The position numbers and the translations under genes were made by a program. DNA of 60,110 nucleotides, filler included, from Sphacelaria rigidula (taxonomy: Eukaryota): NCBI GenBank assembly GCA_964200075.2. It is 9 parts of 9 records of this genome, joined end to end, with 100 filler letters (N's around TTAATTAATTAA, not from the genome) between each part and the next. Parts side by side here need not be neighbours in the genome. Positions count along the whole stretch, not along the records: positions 6,692 to 13,281 come from CAXNAA020019183.1; positions 13,382 to 19,971 come from CAXNAA020019184.1; positions 20,072 to 26,661 come from CAXNAA020019185.1; 6 more parts are not named here. The stretch is one strand, 5' to 3'. Numbering within the stretch: the first letter of the stretch is position 1; every line of letters starts with the position of its first letter. Shown one piece after another: positions 12,423 to 23,457 of the stretch. Under the pieces are notes generated by a model, which was not told the DNA's origin, made no database searches, and worked only from the letters and a program-made list of their open reading frames with translations.

Positions 12423-12978
12423 TCAGGAACAGATCACGACACCATGAACGTATTCATCCCGAGAGGGCGGTGACACACCGAAAAACTGCAATATCTCATT
12501 CCCACCGTTCAGGCAAGAGTGCGAGTTGGACAGCAGTACACACACACGGTATTGTGTGCCTACCGGGCTCAGCAAGGACTTCTGCTGACGGGTTATATCG
12601 ATAAAAGTCCACTTACTCGTCACCTCCTTAAAAAATAATTCGATAGTAACCCTGCACCGGGTCATACTCTTATTGAATGCTTCCATCTCTTCACTCAGTT
12701 CCTCATCAACTTCTGATGCGAAGGGGGTGCACAGATGCTCGCTCTGCCCGTACGCTGGGTCGCCGTACAGGCAGTACGTACTACCGTCAGAATCGTTCAT
12801 GTGAGATTCAACGAAGCTCATCAGACCAGATAACTCCAACATACGCTTGTCGTGCCGGAATCCGTTCAGCGGTCCCCACAGAAAGGCAAACATGCCATCA
12901 GGGGTCACAACAGCTTGGTACTTGAGGGCGTGCTCTCTGTTGTGCCCTTTATACGTCGGGCGCTGTCGTCGCGTCGGC
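12423..12978 (-). mobile_element. PIF/Harbinger-type DDE transposase (HARBI1/DDE_Tnp_4-like), terminal exon
   Basis: Open frame (R)PTRRQRPTYKGHNREHALKYQAVVTPDG...WGPLNGFRHDKRML...CLYGDPAY...FNKSMTRCRVTIELFFKEV...LLSNSHSCLNGGNEILQFFGVSPPSRDEY; preceded by TGACTAAT branch-like site and TTTACAG acceptor (12981-12979). Confidence 0.9.
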
Positions 12979-13592
12979 CTGTAAACACGAACAGAAGGGA
13001 CGATCGACCCGTATTAGTCATACATGACGAGGTGCGAGCCCACAACAGTGTAAGCGCCTGTAGTGCGGTGCTACTCACGTTATGAAGACCTGTGTGTGGT
13101 GGTTGGACGGTTTGGAATCCAGAGTTGACGTTTGCAACCCTCATCGCGCGAGTGTGTCTGCGCCTTAGGTACCAGCTTCCCGGGAAATGTGTATGAATAC
13201 ATACAGAAATTGTTTGAACTGCTTCATGTCGTACGAAACGCAGCACTGTGTTACACATGGTGACGTCCAGCAGGGGGGGGGNNNNNNNNNNNNNNNNNNN
13301 NNNNNNNNNNNNNNNNNNNNNNNNNTTAATTAATTAANNNNNNNNNNNNNNNNNNNNNNNNNNNNNNNNNNNNNNNNNNNNCCAGAATAAATGGGACGAC
13401 AACACACACACAACACACAGTCATCTCTCGGGGCGGGTGCGGAGGAACTTGCATGCTAAAATCAGCAATAAATCTCGTGGACGCCTCGTTACAAAGTATG
13501 CTTCACGCTCGTGAGTTCGAAATATCCTATATATATATATATACAGTATACTATTTCAACGTCCATTTTTTGAATTTTCAAAAAGATCTCAC

Positions 13593-13718
13593 TTTGTCGA
13601 TGCCAATGTCCTCCAGCAAGTAGCTGATCAAGGGACGGAGCTGGCCGTCGACCTCGTGCCGTAGGATATCTGGGCACTTCTTTGCCAACATATGCACTTC
13701 CTTAGCCGTTATGCCCAC
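13593..13718 (-). CDS. mTERF-repeat protein, internal exon
   Basis: CAG acceptor 13721-13719, AAA|GTGAGA donor; 126 bp, phase 0; VGITAKEVHMLAKKCPDILRHEVDGQLRPLISYLLEDIGIDK fits the mTERF repeat pattern G....v..l....P.iL...v...l.P...yL...G. Confidence 0.82.
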
Positions 13719-14584
13719 CTGATCATTTTTCGAGGGGAAGTGGTGACGGCAGGGGAGGGGAGGGGGGGTGTACTCGTGATCTTGCATGCCGTAGGCACGA
13801 GATTATTGACCTCGTATCCCTACTAAGCCCTACAAAGCTGGGACGGAGCACGTCGAGTTTTCGCCGGGTTTTCGCCGGACCAGGTTTGGGGGAGGGGGGG
13901 TTGACGGAGAACTGATTCCAACTAATCAAGACGACCACATGAAGGTAATAAGCCGGGCGAACGTTTTAAATAATGGCGGGTACAAAAAGTATGAGAAAAA
14001 ACATTAAAGTCGCTAAAACAAATATGAAGGCAGCACCAACATATCAGAGACGTTACGCGCATGCGTTTCGGCGGGTGTCCACGGCAAAATCTCTCCAGCA
14101 GGCACCCACATCCGGGCAAACTGAATGTGAATCCACCTCACTGAATATAGCAGGATATGCTAAAATGCATATTTGGGAAGGTTACTACTTGATATGTAAA
14201 CACAAAAATCGCCCGAGAACCCTGCTCGAGGCACCGTACACGTGTATGTTGTACATCGCGCTGTCTTAGACTCGGCAACAGAAACAGATCTAATCCCGAC
14301 GACGATCAAATAATCTACCAGCGTCGCGGTCGTGACTGTGAGCTCTCACAGCACACAGAAGTAACCATCTGCGCCAGAACAATGACTGCCTGCCTAGGAA
14401 AAATAGTATTGTTATTTGGCTCTTCGGGTTGCTCCCTTTGTCACCACGTCACAAGGTTGAAAATACGAGCAGAATCGCCTTCGCTCGTACAGGGATTAGC
14501 CGGTTCTTTTTACTTCCATTGACACACGCGCCCGCGCCCGCGAGCGAAACATACATGAACATCGCGCGTTTTTCGTGTGCACAC

Positions 14585-14689
14585 CTCTCCCATGAAGAAG
14601 CCGATTCGTTCCCTTTCCTCCGGCGACTTGGTCAGCATCGACGGATAATTCACGGCCAGGAGGTATACCTGCTCGCCGCTCACACCGTG
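14585..14689 (-). CDS. mTERF-repeat protein, internal exon
   Basis: CAG acceptor 14692-14690, GAG|GTGTGC donor; 105 bp, phase 0; HGVSGEQVYLLAVNYPSMLTKSPEERERIGFFMGE, joins in frame to the next exon. Confidence 0.75.
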
Positions 14690-15388
14690 CTGGGATAGGC
14701 GGAGAAGCAAACACGAAGAGGCGAGAAAAATAAGTGAAAAGGCGTCAGCTTTTCCGCCATTTACGACAAGGGATAGGGTTAGCCGCCCCTGAACCTAGCA
14801 CCGGTCCACAAGCTTTTGCGTCATACTCGGAGATGTAGATCTCACCCTACCCATTGGATTGCGACTGAAGCGCTCGCCCAAGAAACAACAAAGAAGTACA
14901 GCGGGAGCCGAACACGAGGACTGCAGAGCTTGTATCGACCGACCCAAGCCATGTGCGGGGAGACCGCCGTCTTCATTTCACCCTCGTCTTGCTCCAACAT
15001 GTTGATAGAGCTCCGAAGGTACTTCATGGCTTGAGACACATGACTTGCCAGTGCCCAATTCTGACGTGATACATCCATGTCGTGATGAAAAAAAAAAGGC
15101 TGAGTTAAAAAAATGGAACTATCTGGAAAAAGTGCGGGGGCTTTCCCAGCGAGGGGCAGATCCACGATGACGTAGGCCATTGTTTTCTAGATAAATGGGT
15201 GAAAAATATGCAAGACCTGTCGATCGTAGCTGCTGGTACCTTCATCTAGCGTTTGCACCCGGTGGTGTGACCCAATTCCCAGAACGGCTAGGTCTACAAC
15301 CACTGATTCAGTGGCGTTCAATCTACTCGAGAATTTGGATCAAATGCCGGTAGTACGTCGAGTTTGACATGTTACATGTACAAAATTG

Positions 15389-17174
15389 CAAGGTTGCGTT
15401 CTGTAAGGTACGGGTACGTTCTATAGGGTATGAGATTTCTTACAGAACTGTCGGGTAGCGGTATGAAGGTCTTACAGAGTTTACAGAACGTTCGGGTACC
15501 GGTATGAGAGTCTTACAGAAATTACAGAACTTGTCGGGTACGGTACGGGAGGCTTACAGAAAACCGGTACCGGCAATCGGGTAACCCTTTCAGGGCATAC
15601 CCGCCCCTCGGGTTAGGGTAAAGTATTTGTACAGAACTCATAGAACCGTCGGGTAAGGGTATGGGGGGCTTGTAGAACTCACAGAAACTGTCGGGTAGGG
15701 TATGGAGGTTGCATAGAAAATCCTACCCGCAACCGGGTATCTTATCAAGACGAGACCCGTGCCCCCCGGTAACGGTACGGGAGGCTTACAAAACTCACAA
15801 AACTATCGGGTACGGGTATAAAGGTCTTAGAGAGATTGCAGAACTGTCGGGTACCGGTATGGAAATCTCACAGGGTTTACAAAACTGTCGGGTACAGTAA
15901 ACACCCGACAAAATACCTCGCGTATACAGAAAACCGTACCCTATAAAAACGACCATTGTATTATCATCACCCCTTTGGTGGGACCTACGTCACTACAACA
16001 GTGGCGAAATACAGATGGTAGTTCACGACAACTGTGAACGGCTTTCACGGGGTTGGCAGAGAAAGTGTACACGAACAATCGCAGTAGTACATGGATCGTC
16101 AACATCTATCGGTTTCACGTACACCCCCAGAGAGTACATGAAGGAGCATTCACGGCTGCCCGTTCTCTGGAAGCCCTTCGGCACGCGACAAAATCGCCGA
16201 CGGCCTTGACGACTTTTGGGTGGCAGCTCATACATATACTCTGTGCTGTACATGTCGATGGCGGCCTGGGGTTTGATGACTACGACACAACCACCATCAA
16301 CGTCGATGACGTGCGTCTTGCTACTTGATCCTCTGGTGGCGCAGATGAACTACCCCCGCTCGAGCTACCGCTCGCGAGTCTGGGGGTAATACATCCTGAC
16401 GGTCTGCAGGGCTGATTATGTTTCGTGTTTCCACTCAGCGGTACCTCGTATCCCGTCAGATCCCAAACTAAAGAACTTTTCAACATCAAATTATTGTTGG
16501 TGTGCAATTTTGAATGAAGGAGTTGGGTGAGTTGATCGATGGAAGATACATGTTCAGAACATGAGGTTGTGTTTGGATTGAACCTTTACCTGTACCTCCC
16601 CAAGGTATATACCTGTGCTCGTACCTGCAGTCGGGTACATCTTTAACGGTATACTCGAACCCCGGGTAGGGGTATGGGAGGCTTACAGAGCTCACAGAAC
16701 TGTCGGGTACCGGTACTGGATGAAAGTCTTACAGATATCACAGAACTTGTCGGGTACCGTATGGGGGGCTTACAGAAAACCGCTATCGGCAATCGGGTAT
16801 TTTTCCAAGAGCATACCCGCGCTCCGGGTACGGGTAAACATTCTGTAGAGAACTCACAGAACTGTCGGGTAAGGATATGGGAGGCTTACAGAGCTCACAG
16901 AAACTGTCGGGTACGATATGGAAGTCGCACAGAAAACCGCACCCGCAATCAGGTATCTTATCAAGAGCGTACCCGTGCCCCCCGGTAACGGTACGGGAGT
17001 CTTACAGAGATTACAGGACCATCGGATAAGGGTATGAAAGTATTACAGAGATTACAGAACTGTCGGGTACCGATATGAAAGTCTTGGAGAGTTTACAGAA
17101 CTGTCGGGTACGGTAACTACCCGGCAAAATACCCCGGGTATACAGAAAACCGTACCCTACAGAACACAACCCTA
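15389..17174. mobile_element. Non-autonomous hAT-type DNA transposon, 1786 bp
   Basis: Exact 8-bp TSD CAAAATTG at 15381-15388 and 17175-17182; 25-bp TIRs CAAGGTTGCGTTCTGTAAGGTACGG / CCGTACCCTACAGAACACAACCCTA; two ~550-bp arrays of CTGTCGGGTA/CTTACAGA subrepeats. Confidence 0.88.
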
Positions 17175-19368
17175 CAAAATTGTCCTGATCCACTATTTAT
17201 TTTTTCTATTCACCACCTCCGATGTGGAGTCTCCCCCGAATGTTGAGTAGGACCACAGTTTATTTTTATTTTATTTGGGCAAGGAATCCCCGTGCACGGC
17301 GCTGACCTATGTGATCGTGGATATTCCCAAAGCGAGCTTTTGTGAAACCATTTTTGTCATGGAACAGTTTTCTGGAGGAAACAATCGCCGAGATGGAGGG
17401 CTTTCTCAAGAGAGATGCTTTTCCCGCGCATCTCGTCGAGAAAAGTATGTTATCTTCGAAGAGATCAACGTTCGTCGGCAATGGGGTTCATTGAAAACGC
17501 GTCCTGTAGCTAGCTGTACATACAGCACACGCATGAAATGCAGCAGAACACAGCGCAGTACAGACAGCACACCCAGTACAGGCTGCAGTAACAGGAGCAG
17601 TGCAGTACAGAAAGTACCACTGCGCAACAGCACAGACAGTACACACAGCTGCGGCGCACAGTTGTATACAATACGTGCTTAACATGCATGCACAAGCGAC
17701 AGCAGCATACCGCGCGGTACGCAGTCAGCTGCACAGCGAAATTGGGAGGATTTGAGGGATACGGTGCGAACGTGTTCCGCACGCCTTTTTTTTTTTTCAG
17801 TCGCATGAGCGTAAGCTGCTTCCACCTCCCCCCCCCCTGAACCCCCCCCCAAACCCCAAAAGAAAATCCAAACTAAAAAAAAAACAAAAACCAATAAAAA
17901 AACGTGAGGACGGGGCGCTTTGACTCAAGGTGTTTCGCTACAGACGACACGTACGGCGCCTCAACGTGTACCAATACATTACCAAGTTCGAGACGCTGGG
18001 AACAACGTTAACTCCTCAATACGACAGTGGGCGGTAGATTCGTGGAGGGTTTGAGAAACGAGGAGCTGTAATACTCTGCGGACCGCCGAAACCTCAAGCT
18101 TCGTGCCATATGAGTTGTTCATTGACAGATAACCACATGAATCTGCAGCAAAAACACATTCCCGGGCACAAGAGAGCCTGTCTGAATCCTACGGATGAAG
18201 TGTACGGATATTCCGAAAGCCTCTGGCCACTGGTCTTAGAGGAAGCACACCCACGATGATTGGAGCGACAGAAAATGTGACAGTAGTAGTATACAAGACG
18301 CGTTTGTATGGGGAATACAGGTAATCTGATCGTACCGGTGGACTTGTCTCACCAGCTCAGGAGAAAACTGTCCATCGCCAGTGTGTTTGTAGTAGTGGGT
18401 ACAATTGAGCCAGAATTCTTCGCAAACGTATGTAGCTGTGAAGATGGTCTGCATTGCCGTATTCGAGCATTTTCGTCGTGCTTCATTGAGCTTGTTCGCT
18501 CCATCGCGTCTCGTTCCCTAGCGATTGGTGACAATAGAGACAGCATCGATTCAGGGGTAACACTGGGGCGCAGTGATGCGCCTCGCCGGTTTCGTAATAA
18601 TGTAATATATACACAAGGTTGTCAGCGGCTTCCGCCGCTACCCTCAGTGGATCAATTCCAAGATACTTGACAAGTACACAAAATTGCTCACCTCGTATGC
18701 ATTATACGTGTGGATGGCAGTGTGTTCGAGGTGTGTGGTGTGTTGCGGTGTGCGAGCGAGTGGAGAGCGAGACAGAGAGAAGAGAGAGAGCCTCCGCCAC
18801 GTTGGCGGTGGATGAAATGTACGGATTCAACCGATTGACCGCCGGAGGGGTCCATTTGTGGAATCAGCATCATTTTCACTTGAAAAAGGACAGAAAGCGA
18901 TGCCTATTCGACGAACGGACACCTCCGGTGGTCAAAGCGTTAATGTCAGCACGACTGTCTACCATGAAGAGTCCGCCCACCCGATGCATACAGTCACTCA
19001 TTTGCATCATTTGTATCATAAACTATATACTTCGTATAATGATGAGCGTGCCTCGGACAATGCTCGGAGCATGGTATGACGCATATGCCGGATTCTGGAA
19101 TTCAGCATGTATGTAGCCTCGTTTCTAAATACCGTGGAGCGAATTTGAAACCCAACGTGCATAAATCCCTCACGCCGCTTCTTATGGTCCTGAGAAACGC
19201 TCTCGGTGAAATGTTGGGGGGATTCTGAAGGTAATTTTTCTGAAACCGTTCCTCGTGGAACCTCTTGTGGGAAAAAAGGTGTCTGAGATAGTGACTTTTT
19301 TCCAGGGAGGATATTTTCCCGCCCACGAACTAGCCGCAGTGCACTTCATCATCTAGTCAGGGAGGCTT

Positions 19369-19780
19369 TTGGGGAAGGATTTCAAGAAGTGGTCCGTGGC
19401 CTCCATTGACGCATACCAGTGCCGAGTGGTGTTGCAGGTGATATCCATGGAGCTCATTGCTCGGACAGGACCAGGGACTACCCAAGTGTCCGTGAAACGT
19501 CTAGTGAGCGGAATCTTCAAGTACAACCTGGTGAGCAGAGTATACGCCGCCATCGCGAATCCTAGGGACGGGAACGAGAATGCTTGGTCCCCCAAGAGGC
19601 AGTACCCTTCTTGACTGACGCAACCCCTGGAGGTGGCTCCTTCATGACCTACCTCATAGTCGGGTGTGACTTCCTGCCATGCACTCCGGACATCCCGTTT
19701 CTCATCATGTGGGAAAGAGATGTTGAAAGCCCTACGATCGAATGGCCTGTTTACAAAGTCGGTGCTATTCGTGCTCGATG
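19369..19780 (+). pseudogene. Frameshifted fragment with 5'-nuclease-like (FEN1/XPG/XRN-type) motifs
   Basis: SVASIDAYQCRVVL (resembles a degenerate S.DTD) then, in another frame, SFMTYLIVGCDFLPCTPDIPFLIMW (G[CN]D[FY]LP-type motif); recognised by eye only. Confidence 0.4.
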
Positions 19781-20175
19781 AATGACTCTCAGTTGAGATC
19801 GACAATGGGTGCAAGCTGTTGGTCACTGTGCTAGTTTCCAGGTACGAGAATGCTTTCGCGCAAGTCGTTACAGATCCGGGGGGGGGGGGGCGTACTCATT
19901 TGTTGCTTGCCTTGGGGGGGGGGGGGGGGGTGCTCTTGGTGAAGCTTTTCATGGGCACAGAACCCTGGGCCNNNNNNNNNNNNNNNNNNNNNNNNNNNNN
20001 NNNNNNNNNNNNNNNTTAATTAATTAANNNNNNNNNNNNNNNNNNNNNNNNNNNNNNNNNNNNNNNNNNNNGCCTGGGGCGCCGATTTGAGGTCTGGTAA
20101 CGCACTCTTCGTCTGGACAACACATTCCACCCCCTTTGCCCGAGGGTTCTCGGTATGTCTTCGTTGCGGTTGGGG

Positions 20176-20199
20176 TTAGGGTTAGGGTTAGGGTTAGGG
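20176..20199 (+). repeat. Interstitial telomere-like (TTAGGG)4
   Basis: Four exact TTAGGG units about 100 bp inside the contig. Confidence 0.9.
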
Positions 20200-20868
20200 T
20201 TGGTGTTATTCGAAATGCATCAGCATCTGCACAAACCATATTTTTTTCAGAAATATCTGTCAACTACCGAGTGGTCAAGTCACCTCCGGCTGGAACGCCT
20301 TGCGGCAGCGATGTGGGGCAGACGCCCCGAGCGTTCGGGAAGCTTTGCTCAAGCCAGTGTGGGGGTCCGAGCCGCAAAAATTCCTGTCAACTTGGCGTAG
20401 TGCACGCGTCGCCCTCTCACGAGCTTCGACCCTAGGATGAACGGTACCCTTGTGCAGCTATAACAGGGATCTGAGAAACACGACGCATCTGTTTTTTTTT
20501 TGGGATGATCATGGCTGCGCTGAAAAATCGTATTCGGCAAAATTCTGAGTTTCGGAAAGCGCTTTTTTGTCATGTCAGAGTGCAAATATCTCGAGATCAA
20601 CTTTCAGAATTAAAAAAAAAAAAACACTTCACCGAAATAAAGTCAAGGGGATACCACATTTGACGTCGGGGGGAATAATTTTCGTTACAATCTGATTATG
20701 AAAAATTTGGACTCTTGAATGACAAGAAAGCGTTTTCGGAACTCTAATGTGACGTTTTTCTCCTCATTTTTGTAAAGGGAACTTGATATAATGTTTTTTT
20801 TTTTTCTTGTGGTAAGGGAGAACACACATCGAAAATACAATCGCGAATTTTTTCCGCGGTAAACGTTG

Positions 20869-21127
20869 CATGGGTCGGACGAATGAATGATTCGTCTGGA
20901 AGTCACTTGATTTTTGTGTAATTGATTTGTACCGTACGAAATTATCCTTCGGCTTTGTGTTGAGCGTTGCAACTCCGGTACGCGCAGCCCAGGCACCTAC
21001 AATGGCGCGAAACTTGCGTGGATACCCATTGGGCCAGCGGTCAAATTTCAACTCTTTTTTTGAGCAGTCAGGCCTAAAAACTCGCGGATTTGGTGATTCG
21101 GATCGGCGATGATTTGTCCGAACCGTG
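20869..21127. mobile_element. 259-bp hAT MITE
   Basis: Exact 8-bp TSD AAACGTTG (20861-20868, 21128-21135); TIRs CATGGGTCGGACGAAT / ATTTGTCCGAACCGTG; two more copies in contig 8. Confidence 0.9.
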
Positions 21128-21555
21128 AAACGTTGATTTCTCCACGACCAAGAGACGGTGTTGATCAAGACCAGCTTCGACGGAAGGATTTCATCGCGAG
21201 CAAGTGTGCACAGCTTGCGAGTTATTATATTTGCCTCGTTGCGACAGTGTTACAATCTCTAGATCGGAGCAAAATGTGCTCATGCTGTGTTGCTTCTGGG
21301 AATGCATGCGATCTGTCGCGTGCGGGGGAAAAGCGAGATTCAGCCCGCACTCATGATGTGAACATGGTGTACTCGAGAAGCGTACGACATGCGCAGAAAT
21401 CCCCAGCCCTTGTGCAATACTCCCAAGGCTCGCCCTTGCCCAGCTGCCCACGCCACGGCTGGTTTGACCGCGATCTATTGAGTGCTTCGGAGGCTACGAC
21501 AGTTTGCGTGCCGTACTGGCGCAGAGCGAAGTACTGTATTTTCAGCAAGGGTCGG

Positions 21556-21738
21556 ATATATCCACACCTTGGACATATATTGTCAAGAGATGCAATAGAC
21601 GAGAAGTCTACTGCATAAAGTATAGGCCTATTGCAACTCTTGCCGGCCGACAATAGTCGCAGTAGGCCTATACTCTATGCAGTACGTTCCATGTCTATTG
21701 CAACAATTGACCATATGTTGTCCAAGGTGTGGATATAT
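21556..21738. repeat. Imperfect hairpin (~90-bp arms), MITE-like or foldback
   Basis: ATATATCCACACCTTGGACA...GTATAGGCCTA pairs with TAGGCCTATAC...TGTCCAAGGTGTGGATATAT; centre ~21645. Confidence 0.8.
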
Positions 21739-21996
21739 TATAGCCTGCTCGACTCACCAATTCTACGATTGTCGAGGCCCAATTGATCGATCGAGGGGGG
21801 AATGTTTCTGGCAGCGGGCCACAAGACTGTTTCTACGCCATTTTTACGCTGTCCCATGTGCCTGGGGTGCGTGAACCTGGCGCACAACGCTGAAAGGAAA
21901 GCCCAAGGATTGATTTGATATGGCACGAATCAGTCACACTGAGAGCAAGTAATATTTGAGATGAATCTCTATTCGCCCAGCCCTTGCTTTTCACCG

Positions 21997-22148
21997 GCTG
22001 TACTGATTGTATGGACTGTATTCATTGACTGTACGGGCTGTACTGGCCGTACTGGCTGTACTAACTGTACTGACTGTGTGACTGTACTGACTGGGCTCAG
22101 TTTGCTGACCGTGCCAACTGTGTGACTGCACTGACTGTACTGACTGTG
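21997..22148 (+). repeat. ~9-10-bp minisatellite (CTGTACTGA)n
   Basis: Degenerate tandem CTGTACTGA/CTGTACTGG units visible directly. Confidence 0.85.
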
Positions 22149-23204
22149 CTCTCGGAAAAAATGCAGTGTGTCGAGTACTGCAACAAAAATAACAAAAAAA
22201 AGCTACGGTGCGAATCAGTGTAGACGTCGTTTGTCACAGACAGCACCTTTGAGCTGCTGCTGTATATTGAAAAAAGTGATACCGAACCTTTCAAGTCGTT
22301 CTTGAAAGCACACTCCGGGGTACGTCAACAGCTGCAGCAATAACACGAGTGGGCAGTCTGATGCGGGTATTGCATCGCTTGTTGCGTGCGACGACAACGA
22401 GTGTGCTATCTGGGCAGCCATGTTATACACACCGTGTTTGGCTAATCGGCAGGGGAGAGAAGAGGTTGTACAGTACGGTTGGCGTCTCTAGGGATACATC
22501 TTACCGCGTTTCGGTGGCACTTGAAACGTTCGAGAGCGAAAGAATAAATTAGTGGAAAGATTTTGCTCAAAGTCGTCGCCGTCTTGCTTGTGAGTGGTAG
22601 ACAGAAGGGTGAGTGACCTGCTGTGTGGCGGGCACACGGGTTCGTTACCAAAATGTTTCTGTCAGCGACCGGGCCTTGAAACGTAGAGGCGGTGAACATT
22701 ATCAAAGTTATACTCTTTTTGGTTACAGTAGAGAAGACAAGACACTTTTTGCAAGGCAAGCGTTATACTGTCAACAGTTAATCCGCGAGGGTAGGTCGGT
22801 CACCTGCTGAATCGGCATCAATATTCGCTTGAAAAAAGTATGCGTGATCCACATGGACTACCCGCACCGCGGTCTAAGAGTTTACTCAATTCCTTCCCTT
22901 CCTCGGGATAAGAAACGCTCGAGGTTTGAAGGGTCGACCCATGTTCCCCATAAACCACGCATTTTGTTAGCGAGGGTTGAATACAGCACCCACCGCCCCA
23001 AACGAGCCCCAAAACTGCCACGGAGGAAATAACATTTCAGCACATGATAGCTGGTTCCGGACTGCGTGAGGCGCCTCACTCATATGGACGACATTGACCG
23101 AAACGATTGTGGGAGTTCCCAGCTGCTCCTTGTACTCGACTTCGGTCATTTTGATTTACATCTAGGTTTTGCACACACGCGGCCATTTGGCCACACCCCA
23201 AAAT

Positions 23205-23457
23205 GCCTCCGGAGGGATGCGCGGCGCTCCAGAGGCCTTCAATCCCTCTGGAGGAAACCAAACTCCATCGACCCGGAGGGCCGCGCACCCCTCCGGAGGA
23301 GTTTGGGTGTAGGCACGGCCCTCCAGAGGCAAAAATAAGCCTCCGGAGGCGTTGAATCCCGCCGGAGGAAACCAAATAATCTCCTCTGGCAGGCCGCGCA
23401 CCCCCACGGAGGCCTTCAATTCCTCTGGAGGCTCGAAAAGTACACCCACCTGGAGGA
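23205..23457 (+). repeat. Array of palindromic CCTCCGGAGG-type motifs with a higher-order repeat
   Basis: About a dozen CCTC(C/T)GGAGG variants; blocks GGAGGAAACCAAA...GGCCGCGCACCCC and GAGGCCTTCAAT each recur. Confidence 0.75.

Noticed and set aside
14850..15030. Possible additional mTERF exon (MKYLRSSINMLEQDEG...)
   Set aside because: No mTERF pattern and non-optimal splice sites.
15420..17165. Regularly spaced CTGTCGGGTA/CTTACAGA units as a CRISPR-like array
   Set aside because: Units are degenerate, spacers are mutually homologous, no cas genes, and the region is bounded by TIRs and an 8-bp TSD.
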